DNA from: Thermoproteota archaeon
GTDB lineage: Archaea > Korarchaeota > Korarchaeia > Korarchaeales > Korarchaeaceae
Direction of reading: 5' to 3'
Length of the DNA stretch: 64,000 nucleotides
NCBI GenBank assembly: GCA_027491915.1
Contig: JAOZGC010000002.1
Coordinates: forward strand, 64,001-128,000
Part shown: in pieces, positions 27,250 to 37,366 of the stretch
Layout: each line of letters starts with the position of its first letter
How positions within the stretch are numbered: the stretch's first letter is position 1
Notes under the pieces: model-generated
Seen by the model: only the letters and a program-made list of their open reading frames with translations
Told to the model about the DNA's origin: nothing
Database searches by the model: none
Position numbers and translations under genes: made by a program

Positions 27250-28561
27250 GGGAGGTCACTCCACCCTTCTCCAGCAGCCTGACCGCCGATTCGGCGGCCC
27301 TCTCGTATACCTCATCGGCGTCGACCGAGACGTGCCTACCCTCCCTAATCACGATCCTCCCGCCGACTATCACGTCCGAGACGTCCGAGCACCTGGCCGA
27401 GTAGACCAGGTGGGAGATCACGGAGTGGACCGGCTGCCACCACGGGGCCTCGATTGAGACGGTGATCACGTCAGCTCTGGCGCCCTCCTCCAGCCGGCCC
27501 AGGTCCCTCATCCCCATGGCGTCCGCCGGGATCCGGGTGGCCATGTCCAGCGCGGTCTGGGCGCCGACCACCCTGGGATCCCGGCCAACCCCCTTGTGGA
27601 GGAGGGCCGCGAACTTCATCGTCTCGAACATGTCCAGGGAGTTGTTGCTCGCCGCGCCATCCGTCCCAAGACCGACATTGACCCCGGCCTCGATCAGCTC
27701 CGGGACGGGTGAGATACCCGCCCCCGTCTTCAGGTTGCTGACCGGGTTGTGGGACACCAGCGCGCCCGACTCCGCCAGGATCTTGATATCTCCCTCCCGG
27801 GGCCACACGACGTGGGCCATGACGGTCCCCTCTGACGCGAGGCCGACCTGGGCCATCAGGCGCACGGGGCTCACCCCAAACTCCCTCTCTATCTGCTCGA
27901 TCTCGCTCCTGTCCTCGGCCACGTGTATCTGGATCGGGACGGCCAGCTCCCGGGCGGCCTCTGCCGTCGCCTCTAGGAGATCTCTAGAGACGCTATACGG
28001 GGCGTGGGGGCCGAGCGACGGGGTGATGAGCTCGCTCCTCCCGCGCCACCTGGCGACGAAGTCTTTAGCCTTCTCGAATGCCTTCCACCCATCCTCGCTT
28101 TCGGGGGTCCCGGCATCTATGTAGCTCGAGGCCAGAACCCCCCTGATCCCCAGCCTGGTGGCCGCCTCCGCGACGGAGTCCTCGTAGAAGTACATATCGA
28201 ACACGGTGGTCGTCCCCCCGCGGAGCGCCTCCAACATCCCGAGCTCCGCCCCAGCTCGAACGTCTTCAGCGGTGAGGTTGGACTCCAGCGGCCATATCTT
28301 CTCCGTGAGCCACCTCATCAGCTCCATGTCGTCCGCCACCCCCCTGAACAGAGTCATGGCTATGTGGGTGTGGGTGTTGATGAGCCCGGGCATTACGATC
28401 TTCCCGGCCGCATCCAGTACCTCGTCCGCCTGGACCGGTAGATCCCTCCCTATCCTCGATACGCGGCCGTCCTCAACTAGCACGTCCCCCCCGAATATTA
28501 TCCTCCTCTTCTCATCTTGGGTGACCACGGCCGAGGCCCTCCTCAGCAGGATGCTCTCCAC
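27203..28561 (-). CDS. mtaD: Amidohydrolase, 5'-methylthioadenosine/SAH deaminase-like
   Basis: PGLINTHTH, FRGVADD, WPLE, GPHAPY, HVAE, HNPVSNLK, GTDGAASNN. Confidence 0.85.
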   Translation of the reverse strand: MESILLRRASAVVTQDEKRRIIFGGDVLVEDGRVSRIGRDLPVQADEVLDAAGKIVMPGLINTHTHIAMTLFRGVADDMELMRWLTEKIWPLESNLTAEDVRAGAELGMLEALRGGTTTVFDMYFYEDSVAEAATRLGIRGVLASSYIDAGTPESEDGWKAFEKAKDFVARWRGRSELITPSLGPHAPYSVSRDLLEATAEAARELAVPIQIHVAEDRSEIEQIEREFGVSPVRLMAQVGLASEGTVMAHVVWPREGDIKILAESGALVSHNPVSNLKTGAGISPVPELIEAGVNVGLGTDGAASNNSLDMFETMKFAALLHKGVGRDPRVVGAQTALDMATRIPADAMGMRDLGRLEEGARADVITVSIEAPWWQPVHSVISHLVYSARCSDVSDVIVGGRIVIREGRHVSVDADEVYERAAESAVRLLEKGGVTSLIREIRPPRDRRRSA

Positions 28562-28624
28562 CGCCTCACCCCGGCGGGGTCGGGGCCGGCAACGGTTAAT
28601 AACCCAACCGGACCCCTCCTCCCG

Positions 28625-30274
28625 ATGTCGAGGTTATGGGGCGCGGCCGCAGCGATCTCCATCTCCCTAATAGCCCTTCATCCCCTCCACGTCGCGGCCC
28701 AGCCAGCGAAGCCGGCGACCTTCACCTACCGCTTCGACGTGGCAGAGAACGGGTGGATCAACGTGTCGATAACGTTCGAATCGACCGGATCGGGGACCTC
28801 GTGGTTGATGGTCCCAACCTACCAGAAGTTCGACTTCACCGTAGAATCGGGGAACTTCGAGAACGTCAGCTGGAGAAGGTACGGCCCCTTCTACGCCAAT
28901 CAGACCTTCAACTTCACGGACGGCACGTCGTTCGAGATATCCTACAGCTACCGCTTCGGCGCATTCATAGTAGAGCCGACCGGGGCCTTCTTCTCCACCC
29001 TGGTTGGGTTCGATCCGAGGACCCGTGGGAGCGTCACGGTCAGCCTGCCGCCCGGCGTCTCCATCCTGAGAACCTACCTTAACAAGGCGGAGCTCGAGCC
29101 GGACAGTCGATCGGCGGAGGGCGCGCCGTCCATAACCTACGATCTGCCGAAGGAGAACGTCGCCCTATACAGGGTTATGGTCATCTTTCAGGTCCCCGGA
29201 GAGCTCCAGACCGTCGAGAGGACCTCGGGCCTGCTCACCGTCACAGCACCTGCTCGATACGCCGACGTCGCCGAGAACATAACAAGGCTGTACGATAGGT
29301 ACCTCCACTACTTGCTGGACCTGACCGGGGTAGGCGAGGTGCCCATCAACCTGACCCTCTACATGCCCAGCAGCCCAGACGAGATCTTCACCTTGGGATA
29401 CACCAGCGTCTCCTCGCCGTACGAGCTGTACGACAACGTGATAACTCCGGGTTCCGTGTCCCTCAACCTGATACTGGTCAGGATGGTGGGGAGCCAGCTT
29501 CAGAACACCCTGATCCACGAGCTCCTGCACCAGTACATGCTGAGGGCGGGCCTGTCGACCGAGCTGAGGTGGGCACACGAGGGTATGGCTCAGTACCTGT
29601 CCATCTTGATAGTGAGGCAGGAGACCGGAAACTCATCTTACGGTCAGGAGGACATACAGGCCGCCGGGAAGATGGCCCAGATGCTGAACTACGACCTCGG
29701 ATTCCTCCAGGACTGGAGGGGCGGGGGGATACCGGAGGACTCAAACAAGTACTACCTCTCTTCCCTCTACATCTTCTCCCAGATTGGGGAGGGGGGCGGA
29801 GGGTTCGACCTCTACAAAAGGTTCTTCCACCTGATAAGGGAAGACGGCGTCTTGGTGAACACCACCGGACAGTTGGTATCCTACCTGAGCAAGGCCGCCG
29901 GCTCAGATCTCTCCGTGGATTTCCGGAGACTCGGCTTCAGATTCTCGACGGTTCAGTCGACTCCTCCCGCCGGAGTGGTGGTTCCCATGGGCGGGGGAAG
30001 GTACCCGCCACTCATGGTGGAGCTGAATCCCTTCTCGGCGCTAGCCTGGGAGATGGACAGGATGTCCGTGAGGGCGGCCCTGGCCGGGGACATGTCCAGG
30101 GTGGGAGCCCTCAGGAGCGAGGCGAGGGCGTTCAGGGTGCTCGGCCCCCTGATGGGCGCCTCCATCATAGCCGGCGCGGTGACCCTGATCTCTGCCGCCT
30201 CTTGGGCGGCCGGCATCAGACGAAGATCCTACCGGCCGCCTCGAGCTTCTCCAGGGCCTCCCACCTATCCATGA
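28625..30274 (+). CDS. Secreted, membrane-anchored zinc metallopeptidase (gluzincin/peptidase MA-like)
   Basis: Signal peptide, HELLH plus downstream WAHEGMAQY, C-terminal TM helix followed by RRR. Confidence 0.75.
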   Translation: MSRLWGAAAAISISLIALHPLHVAAQPAKPATFTYRFDVAENGWINVSITFESTGSGTSWLMVPTYQKFDFTVESGNFENVSWRRYGPFYANQTFNFTDGTSFEISYSYRFGAFIVEPTGAFFSTLVGFDPRTRGSVTVSLPPGVSILRTYLNKAELEPDSRSAEGAPSITYDLPKENVALYRVMVIFQVPGELQTVERTSGLLTVTAPARYADVAENITRLYDRYLHYLLDLTGVGEVPINLTLYMPSSPDEIFTLGYTSVSSPYELYDNVITPGSVSLNLILVRMVGSQLQNTLIHELLHQYMLRAGLSTELRWAHEGMAQYLSILIVRQETGNSSYGQEDIQAAGKMAQMLNYDLGFLQDWRGGGIPEDSNKYYLSSLYIFSQIGEGGGGFDLYKRFFHLIREDGVLVNTTGQLVSYLSKAAGSDLSVDFRRLGFRFSTVQSTPPAGVVVPMGGGRYPPLMVELNPFSALAWEMDRMSVRAALAGDMSRVGALRSEARAFRVLGPLMGASIIAGAVTLISAASWAAGIRRRSYRPPRASPGPPTYP

Positions 30275-31118
30275 AGGCCCTCTCCAGTGCCCTAACGTCT
30301 TCCTCCGTCAGGTGGGCGAACCTCCTCTGCGGCGCCAGGTACTCCCTCAGCGGCCTCCTCTTGGGCCTCATGGTTATCCTGAGTTTTCCGTCTTCAACCT
30401 CGTACAGGGGCCACACGTACGTGTCGACGGCGAGCCGGGCCAGCTCTATCGTCTTGTTCACCGGGTAGTTCCACCCCGTGGGGCAGGTGGACAGTATCTC
30501 GATGTACCTGAATCCCCTCTTGTCTCTGGCCTTCGCGACCTTGTTCACCAGGTCGAACGGGTAACCTATGCTGGCCGTGGCGACGTAAGAGGCCCCGTGC
30601 GCGGCCACGATGAGGGGCATGTTCTTCTTCATCTCCGCCTTCCCCGTCGGCGTGGTCTTGGTCCAGGCCTTAGGCGGTGTGGCCCCGGACCTCTGTATCC
30701 CGGTGTTCATGTAGGCCTCGTTGTTGTAGCATATGTAGAGGACGTCGTCCCCCCTCTCCGCCGCCCCGGATAGGGCCTGTATACCTATGTCGTAGGTTCC
30801 TCCGTCCCCGGCCCACGCCACGACCCTGACGTTCCCCCTGCCGAGCGCTGCCAGCCCGGCGGCCATGCCGGCCGCCGTGGACGCCGCGGCGGCGAACGCC
30901 ATGTTGAACACCGGGACCCTGAACCCGCTCTTCGGGTAGGGCCCCTGAATGACGCTCGTGCAGCACGCGGGTATCACGTAGACCGCGTCCTTCCCCAGAA
31001 CCTTGGACACCAACTTGAATGCCACGAGGGCCCCGCATCCGGGGCACGCCGCGTTGCCCGGCATCACGAACTTCCCGGCCCTCCTGAGGTCTTTCATCGT
31101 GATGGGCATGTCACTCAC
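30216..31118 (-). CDS. porB: 2-oxoacid:ferredoxin oxidoreductase beta subunit
   Basis: ACPGCG, TPP motif GDGG...NNEAYMNTGIQRS, CPTGW. Confidence 0.93.
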   Translation of the reverse strand: MSDMPITMKDLRRAGKFVMPGNAACPGCGALVAFKLVSKVLGKDAVYVIPACCTSVIQGPYPKSGFRVPVFNMAFAAAASTAAGMAAGLAALGRGNVRVVAWAGDGGTYDIGIQALSGAAERGDDVLYICYNNEAYMNTGIQRSGATPPKAWTKTTPTGKAEMKKNMPLIVAAHGASYVATASIGYPFDLVNKVAKARDKRGFRYIEILSTCPTGWNYPVNKTIELARLAVDTYVWPLYEVEDGKLRITMRPKRRPLREYLAPQRRFAHLTEEDVRALERAFMDRWEALEKLEAAGRIFV

Positions 31119-32337
31119 CCACCTCCCTCACCTTCAGCCCGTACCAGTAGGATACCCTGTCCACCCCTTCCGATATCTTCCGCTTGGCCGACCTGAAGAT
31201 CGCCTTCAGATCCCTCACCCGGACGTCCCTGCCCCCCAATCCGGCGATGAAACCGACCACCGGGGGTCTGTCCTCCGCGTGATACAGGGAGGCTCTGAGG
31301 TCCGAGGCGAGGGGCCCTCCATGACCGAATGACACGCTCCTGTCAACCACTATTATCCCCTTCTTTCCGGCCGCCAACTCCGTGATCTCTTCTCCGGGAA
31401 ACGGCCTGTACAGTCTGATCTTGACGAGACCGACGCTCTCCCCCTCCCTCCTCAATTCCTCGATCGCAACCTCGGCCTCCGAAGCCAGCGTCCCAGAGGC
31501 GACCATGAGGTAATCCGAATCCTGAGACCACCTCTCGTAGATGGCTGAGCCGTGGTACCTCCCGAACTTCTCGGCGAACTCCGTCGATATCTCCTTCAGG
31601 CGATCCTTCGCGGCCCTGGAGGCCCTGTCTATGGACCACCTCATCTCCATGTAGAGTTGATCCGGCATAACCAGGTTTCCGTAAGTTATGGGCGCGTCCG
31701 GATCCATCCTCCAGTGGGGAGGATCGTAGGGCGGGAGAAAAGAATCCACGTCTCCCTGATCGGGGATGTTCACCGGGGCGTAGGTGTGACTCAGGACGAA
31801 CCCGTCCAGGCACACCATGAAGGGAAGCAGGACGTCCGGACTCTCGGCCACCTTGTACATCATCAGAACGGAGTCCAGGGCCTCCTGATTCGACGAGACG
31901 AACAGCTGCAGCCAACCGGTGTCCCTCTGGGAGATGGCGTCTTGGTGATCCACGTGTATGCTCCAGGGCGGGCCGACCGCCCTGTTGACCACGGCCATGC
32001 CTATCGGGAGCCTGGCCCCGACCGCCCAGTGCAGCACCTCGTGCATGAGCAGGAGCCCCTGGCTGGCCGTGGCCGTGAAGGCCCTGGCGCCCACGGTGGA
32101 GGCCCCTATGGCCGCCGCCATCGCGCTGTGCTCGCTCTCGACCCTTATGTACCTGGCGTCGAGCTCTCCCCTCTCTATGAAGTCGGCCAGATACTCCACT
32201 ATGGTGGTCTGGGGGGTTATGGGGTAGGCCGGGACCACCTGCACCCTGGCCAGCCTGGCGGCGTGGGCGACCGCGTGGTTCGCGGTTATTATGTCCCACC
32301 TTCCCCCCTCAGCCAGCCTGGAAGCCTGCGCGGTCAA
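31111..32337 (-). CDS. porA: 2-oxoacid:ferredoxin oxidoreductase alpha subunit
   Basis: AYPITPQT, VESEHSA, TATASQGL, DGFVLSH, GLGGRD; TTG start overlapping the porD stop. Confidence 0.93.
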   Translation of the reverse strand: MTAQASRLAEGGRWDIITANHAVAHAARLARVQVVPAYPITPQTTIVEYLADFIERGELDARYIRVESEHSAMAAAIGASTVGARAFTATASQGLLLMHEVLHWAVGARLPIGMAVVNRAVGPPWSIHVDHQDAISQRDTGWLQLFVSSNQEALDSVLMMYKVAESPDVLLPFMVCLDGFVLSHTYAPVNIPDQGDVDSFLPPYDPPHWRMDPDAPITYGNLVMPDQLYMEMRWSIDRASRAAKDRLKEISTEFAEKFGRYHGSAIYERWSQDSDYLMVASGTLASEAEVAIEELRREGESVGLVKIRLYRPFPGEEITELAAGKKGIIVVDRSVSFGHGGPLASDLRASLYHAEDRPPVVGFIAGLGGRDVRVRDLKAIFRSAKRKISEGVDRVSYWYGLKVREVGE

Positions 32338-32606
32338 AGGGAGTTCCCCCTCCCCTCGGGAACCATCTCTATGGCCTTGGTGGGACATTCATTGGCGCAC
32401 ATGCCGCACCCCTTGCAGTAAGTGTAGTCTATCTCCGGGAATCCGTCCGCTCCCTCGCTTATCACCTCCTCCTGACAGTACAACCAGCACAGCCAACACT
32501 TCACGCACTTCTCCTTATTTATCACCGGCCTGAAGACCCTCCAGATGCCTGTCTCGCCCGAGGCCCCGGCTTCTGGGAGGGACACCGGGATCACGTTTGT
32601 AGCCAC
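32334..32606 (-). CDS. porD: 2-oxoacid:ferredoxin oxidoreductase delta subunit
   Basis: TGIWRVFRPVI, CVKCWLCWLYC, YCKGCGMCANECP. Confidence 0.93.
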   Translation of the reverse strand: MATNVIPVSLPEAGASGETGIWRVFRPVINKEKCVKCWLCWLYCQEEVISEGADGFPEIDYTYCKGCGMCANECPTKAIEMVPEGRGNSL

Positions 32607-32711
32607 CGGTCTGTCACCTGGCCGCCGACGCCCCGGTCGAATAAAATATGTACCAGTCGGAGGACTGCGGCAGGAGGGGCGCGCGCAGGGATCAAAAAGT
32701 TTGGAGGGGGC

Positions 32712-32963
32712 TCACAGGCCCCGCTCTGGCCTGGGCCGCCTCTCGGGGATGCTTTCCTCCTTAACGGAGATGCTCTTCCCCTCGAACTCCAGCTCGAGGG
32801 TTCCCCCTCCCAGAGAGCCCGGCTTGACGCTGACCTCTATCGGAACCTCGGACCTCATCGGGTAGAATATCTTCCACACAGCCGACTTGAGACCGGGCTG
32901 CTTCTGGTCCAGGAACTCCAGTATCCGATCCGTCATGGGAACTCCGACGCGCCTCGCGGACAT
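32712..32963 (-). CDS. Small hypothetical protein
   Basis: Globular-looking composition and genome-like codon use (MTDRILEFLDQKQPGLKSAVWKIFYPM...); start uncertain. Confidence 0.55.
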   Translation of the reverse strand: MSARRVGVPMTDRILEFLDQKQPGLKSAVWKIFYPMRSEVPIEVSVKPGSLGGGTLELEFEGKSISVKEESIPERRPRPERGL

Positions 32964-33146
32964 ATGCACCACCTCTGGCGGGGCCACCATTCGAGTGACC
33001 TTGGGTTGGACGGTGCATCCCCTTTAAAATATTATGCGGTCTTCCCCACCGGCAGAGCCGAATCTCCGGCTGCCGGAGTCAGCCTGACGTCGAATCTCAG
33101 ATTTATATCTTTGTCCGACCTTAACAACAGGGGGAGGTGAGCCGCG

Positions 33147-33293
33147 ATGCCTTCGATTCTCCCCGATCAGATCGATGACTGGGATACCGCGCTGTACTTC
33201 GTCTACCTCTACCTGGCCGAGGAGGAGGAACCCCCAGGGGCCAGGGTGAGGGGATCCGGCGAGAAGAGCCGCAGGCTCGAGGTGCTCGTGTAG
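33147..33293 (+). CDS. Putative 48-aa small protein, absent from the ORF track
   Basis: TATA-like TTTATAT at about 33102, strong SD GGAGGTGA, ATG 33147; MPSILPDQIDDWDTALYFVYLYLAEEEEPPG... Confidence 0.45.
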   Translation: MPSILPDQIDDWDTALYFVYLYLAEEEEPPGARVRGSGEKSRRLEVLV

Positions 33294-33327
33294 GGGTAAT
33301 AAACTGGGCCCCCGCCGCCCAGCCCCG

Positions 33328-34233
33328 ATGGCGCGCGCGATTAGGCCGGGTGGTCCCTGGGAGCCCAACCCCTCACTCTTTCTTGGATACAACCAGTCAT
33401 ACGAGAAGTCTAAGTACGTCGTGCTGCCGGTCCCCTCGGACTCAGGCTCGACCTGCCTCCCGGGTGCCAGGTTTGGCCCCCAGGAGCTGATATCCGCGAG
33501 CCGATTTCTCGAGCCCTACGACCCCGAACTGGATTTCTCTCCGGCCGACGCGGGCATCCACACCCTGCAGCCGCTGGAGCCAGTTCAGGGGGATCCGAGA
33601 TCGACAGCCGAGAGGGTCGGTAGGCAGGTGGCCGCAATATACAGCTCGAACAGGATCCCGGTCATAGTTGGGGGGGATCACTCGATCACTCCCGGGGCAG
33701 TATCAGCCCTGTCGTCGGAGCTCGGGGGAGACCTGAACCTCGTGGTCTTGGACGCCCACCTGGACCTCTACGACGAGTACGGCGGCTCGCGTTTCAGCCA
33801 CGCCTGCGCGATCCGCAGGGCCGCAGAGGCCAGCCGAAAGACGGTCATAATCGGCGTTAGATCGGCAGGGATAGAAGAAATCACCTTTCTGCGGAATTCA
33901 AGCGGCATTCAGGCAATCTGGAGTCGGGAGATCAGGGACGGGGGGGTGGACGTGATCTCTGAGGCGATGAGGAGGTTGCCCCCTCATCCGACCTACCTGA
34001 GCCTGGATCTGGACGTCATGGACCCCGGCGCCATGCCCTGCGTCGGCTGTCCTGAACCTGGAGGCTTGGACTGGTGGGAGACCACCGGAGTGTTGGAAGC
34101 TGTATTCAGGCTGGTCGACGTGATCGCCTTCGACCTTACCGAGTTCACGCCGTGCCCCGGCTCAGGCCTGAGCTCGGCCTACACGGCCGCCAAGCTGCTC
34201 TACAAGATGATCGCCCTCTCCGAGCTTAGTTAG
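33328..34233 (+). CDS. speB: Agmatinase (ureohydrolase)
   Basis: GARFGP, GGDHSIT, DAHLD, SHAC, SLDLDVMDP, PEPGG. Confidence 0.92.
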   Translation: MARAIRPGGPWEPNPSLFLGYNQSYEKSKYVVLPVPSDSGSTCLPGARFGPQELISASRFLEPYDPELDFSPADAGIHTLQPLEPVQGDPRSTAERVGRQVAAIYSSNRIPVIVGGDHSITPGAVSALSSELGGDLNLVVLDAHLDLYDEYGGSRFSHACAIRRAAEASRKTVIIGVRSAGIEEITFLRNSSGIQAIWSREIRDGGVDVISEAMRRLPPHPTYLSLDLDVMDPGAMPCVGCPEPGGLDWWETTGVLEAVFRLVDVIAFDLTEFTPCPGSGLSSAYTAAKLLYKMIALSELS

Positions 34234-34734
34234 GGCCGGGATCAGGAACTCGGCCAAGACGCCTAAGACCGCGATCTCGCCCCAGGCCTTGATCACGATC
34301 CCCATCACCACCCACTCACTCAGGTACGCATACTCCGCGCCCAAGAGCAGGGACCTCGCCATCTCCAGAGTGAAGTAAGTCAACACAGATTCCGGAATGT
34401 ACCCCACCAGAACGGCCAGGATTGGCCTGACTCCCCTCCTGAGGAGGAGACCCCAGACCACCCCGCTGATGGCTTTACCCGGGAATATGAGCGCCCCCAC
34501 CAGCGGCGGTAGGTAGCCCAGTAGGGAGTACCTGACAAACGGCGTCACGGAGACCGCGCATCCGACCAGCCCCCCCCACCCCGGCCCCATCAGGGCGGCC
34601 GCGGCCAGCGTACCGACGTGGCTAAGGTCTATCGCGATTTGGGGCGCCAGATTGCCTAGAGCCATCGAAAGAATCGCCAGGGCATTTCCCAGGGCCCCAA
34701 ACATGCCAGCCAGGGCGACCTCCCTCGTACTCAT
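34162..34734 (-). CDS. ECF transporter S-component-like membrane protein
   Basis: MSTREVALAGMFGAL, DLSHVG, MGPGWGGLVG; about six TM helices. Confidence 0.65.
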   Translation of the reverse strand: MSTREVALAGMFGALGNALAILSMALGNLAPQIAIDLSHVGTLAAAALMGPGWGGLVGCAVSVTPFVRYSLLGYLPPLVGALIFPGKAISGVVWGLLLRRGVRPILAVLVGYIPESVLTYFTLEMARSLLLGAEYAYLSEWVVMGIVIKAWGEIAVLGVLAEFLIPALTKLGEGDHLVEQLGGRVGRAQA

Positions 34735-34775
34735 CTCGCTCTAGCCCACCCCGACCATATTTCTTATTTTTGGAT

Positions 34776-35918
34776 TTAAATCTCAATATTGGAAACTATC
34801 TCGGACGGGGACTCCCTCTCCCCCAGCCTCTCGAACAATGAGTGGACGAGATCCTCCAATCCGAATCCACTCTTGGCGGACACCAGAACCATCGGTATAT
34901 CCCTCACCTCCTCCCTCAAGGAGGCCACCCTGACCGCGAGGGCCCTCTCGTCCACCAGGTCCACCTTGTTCAACACCAGGATCAGGGAGTCCCTTGGGAC
35001 CCCTATCCTCTCTAGGATCTCCAGGGCCTCCCTCGTCTTGATCCTTATCATCTCCGCGCTGTCGGAGACGTCGGCGACCAGCAGGACGATGGAGGAGTTG
35101 ATCACGTCGAGCAGGTTAAGGTTGAAGGACTGTATTAGCCGAGGGTCCAGGTCGAGCACGAACCCTATGGTATCTACGAGGTATACCCTCCCTCCCGCCA
35201 GGCTGGCGTACTTGCTGGAAAGGGTGGTGAAGGGCTCGGGACTGACCGGCTTCCTCATCCCGGTGAGGGCGTTGAAGAGGCTGGTCTTCCCGGCGTTGTA
35301 ATATCCAGTCAGGGATACTATGCTTCCACCCTCCCTCTTTATCCTCTCTATCCTCAGCAGCTTGTCCCTGGTCAACTTCGCTATCTTATCTCGGAGGACC
35401 TTCATCCTCCTCTGCACCGCCCTCAGTTGGCTGTGATACGCGTATTCCCCCCCACCTCGAAAGCCAGCCTTCACCCTCATATACTTCATCCTGGCGGCCA
35501 GCTTTATGTCAGGGAACGATCTGGACAGCTCCGCCAGTTCTATCTGGAGCTTAGAGAGAATGTCCCTGGCGGCCATCCTGAATATCCTGAGCGTGACGTC
35601 GTACCTGTCCAGCACCTCCGTCCTCAAGACCCTCTCCAGGTTCCACCTCTGCTTGCTGCTGAGGACGTTGTAGAAGACTACCATGTCTGGCGAGAGCTTT
35701 CTGACCAGAGCCCTCACCTCTTCGACCTTCCCCCTGCCCAGGAGAAAGTTGGTCGTCGGCCTCCGCCTGACTTGGATCACCCTGTGAATTGTGGCCACTC
35801 CGAGCGTGTCGAGCAGTGACTCCAGCTCCGCCATCCTGATCTTGAACATTACGTGATCGTGCACGTCCGTCTTAAGCATCACCGTGATCGCGCGCCGTCT
35901 CTCCCTCCTCCTGGGCAT
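34776..35918 (-). CDS. hflX: GTPase HflX
   Basis: GRGKVEE, DRYDVTLRIF, SKLQIELA, G1 GYYNAGKTS, FTTL, DTIGF, NKVD. Confidence 0.93.
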   Translation of the reverse strand: MPRRRERRRAITVMLKTDVHDHVMFKIRMAELESLLDTLGVATIHRVIQVRRRPTTNFLLGRGKVEEVRALVRKLSPDMVVFYNVLSSKQRWNLERVLRTEVLDRYDVTLRIFRMAARDILSKLQIELAELSRSFPDIKLAARMKYMRVKAGFRGGGEYAYHSQLRAVQRRMKVLRDKIAKLTRDKLLRIERIKREGGSIVSLTGYYNAGKTSLFNALTGMRKPVSPEPFTTLSSKYASLAGGRVYLVDTIGFVLDLDPRLIQSFNLNLLDVINSSIVLLVADVSDSAEMIRIKTREALEILERIGVPRDSLILVLNKVDLVDERALAVRVASLREEVRDIPMVLVSAKSGFGLEDLVHSLFERLGERESPSEIVSNIEI

Positions 35919-35948
35919 TCTCTCTGACCCCGGCGGGAGGTGGCCAAT

Positions 35949-37304
35949 TTAATCTTCTCCAGCGCCGTCCGGGATGATCGGTCTCTCGAACAGGTCCCTA
36001 GGTCCCTTTACGGTCGCGTCTATCACGAGCTTTGATCGGGGCAGCTCCACTAGGGCCTTCCTGCCGTCTACCCTCATAACCCTCACGTTGCTGTGATCCA
36101 GGGTGGATCCCATGAGCCCCCTGATGACATGGTAATCCGAGGCGGGATCGGCCCTCTGAACCACGGCTGACATGACCTCACCGTAATCTGCCACGTTAAC
36201 GTCGGAATCGACAATTATGACTCTCTTCAGGCTCTTGTGGGCGTACATAGCTGCCAAGGCCACTGAGAGGGGCTGTCCCTCATCCTCCTTCTCTATCGAT
36301 ATGGCCACCTCCACCCACCCCCCGCCCGCGGGCGTCATGGCCACCCCCCTAACCTCGGCGAACTTGGATGCGGCCTCCCATATCAGGGGCTCCACGGGCA
36401 GCCCCATCAGGAGAGAGTGCTCTCTGCCCGCCGGGAGGATCGCGTGGTAGCATCCCCCCCTCTCGTACCTGATCTCCGACACCTCGAGGACCGGCTGCTT
36501 TCTCACGATATCCTTCCCCATTATCTCATAGAAGGGTCCCTCCTCGGCCAGCCTATCAGGGAATATCCTCCCCTCAAGCACCAGGTCGGCGTCCACCACC
36601 GCGTCCGCGTCCACCGTGTCGCATGGGGTCACCTCCACGGGAGAACCTGCCAATCCCCCGGCGATGCCCAACTTGTCCCCGTCTTCCTTCGGCGTGGCGG
36701 CGGCCACCATGATCTCCGGCCTGACTCCAATCGCGACCGAGACCTCCAGGGGTCGTCCTTCCCTGCCGGCCCTTGAGATCATCCTGTGGAGCCTCCTCCC
36801 CTCGACCGCCCTGAGGACCAACTCCCTCCTCCCTACAAGCAGCATCCTGTGGAAGGAGGCGCTGTGCGATCCGTCCTCATCCCTGGCTACGACGATGCTC
36901 GAGGTCATGTATGGACCCGGCTCCCCGACGTAATGCCTCAGGATAGGTATGCGTCGAAGGTCCACCTCGTCTCCCCCCACCTCAATCTCCCACTCCCAGT
37001 CGACCGTCTTGGGATCTAACCTCTTCCTGACCGCTTCGGCCATCTTACGCCACAGAAGTCTCTCTTCAACCCGCAGGGCCTCGGCCAGGAACTTTCTGCT
37101 TGCGGCCACTCCTCCAACGACCTTCAAATCTGCCGCGCTTCCGTCCCTGAGCCTCACATCCTCCATAGAGACTATCTTCGTGCCCTCCCACTTCTTTATC
37201 TCCCTGGCGGCCTCAAAGTCGACGCTCCTGGGATCGCTCACAACTTCTACAAACTCTGGCCGGATCTCGCTCAGGAATCCGCTAAGACCGCGGGTCGCGC
37301 GCAC
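35949..37304 (-). CDS. UbiD-family decarboxylase (possibly anhydromevalonate phosphate decarboxylase)
   Basis: IPILRHY..EPGPY, SFHR, EEGPFYE, EHSLLMG, KRVIIVDSD, IDAT. Confidence 0.85.
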   Translation of the reverse strand: MRATRGLSGFLSEIRPEFVEVVSDPRSVDFEAAREIKKWEGTKIVSMEDVRLRDGSAADLKVVGGVAASRKFLAEALRVEERLLWRKMAEAVRKRLDPKTVDWEWEIEVGGDEVDLRRIPILRHYVGEPGPYMTSSIVVARDEDGSHSASFHRMLLVGRRELVLRAVEGRRLHRMISRAGREGRPLEVSVAIGVRPEIMVAAATPKEDGDKLGIAGGLAGSPVEVTPCDTVDADAVVDADLVLEGRIFPDRLAEEGPFYEIMGKDIVRKQPVLEVSEIRYERGGCYHAILPAGREHSLLMGLPVEPLIWEAASKFAEVRGVAMTPAGGGWVEVAISIEKEDEGQPLSVALAAMYAHKSLKRVIIVDSDVNVADYGEVMSAVVQRADPASDYHVIRGLMGSTLDHSNVRVMRVDGRKALVELPRSKLVIDATVKGPRDLFERPIIPDGAGED

Positions 37305-37366
37305 TCTAATATATCCGGTCGCCAGTTTATATAGGACGACGGGTCCGCCCGCGAACGGGGGGGAAC

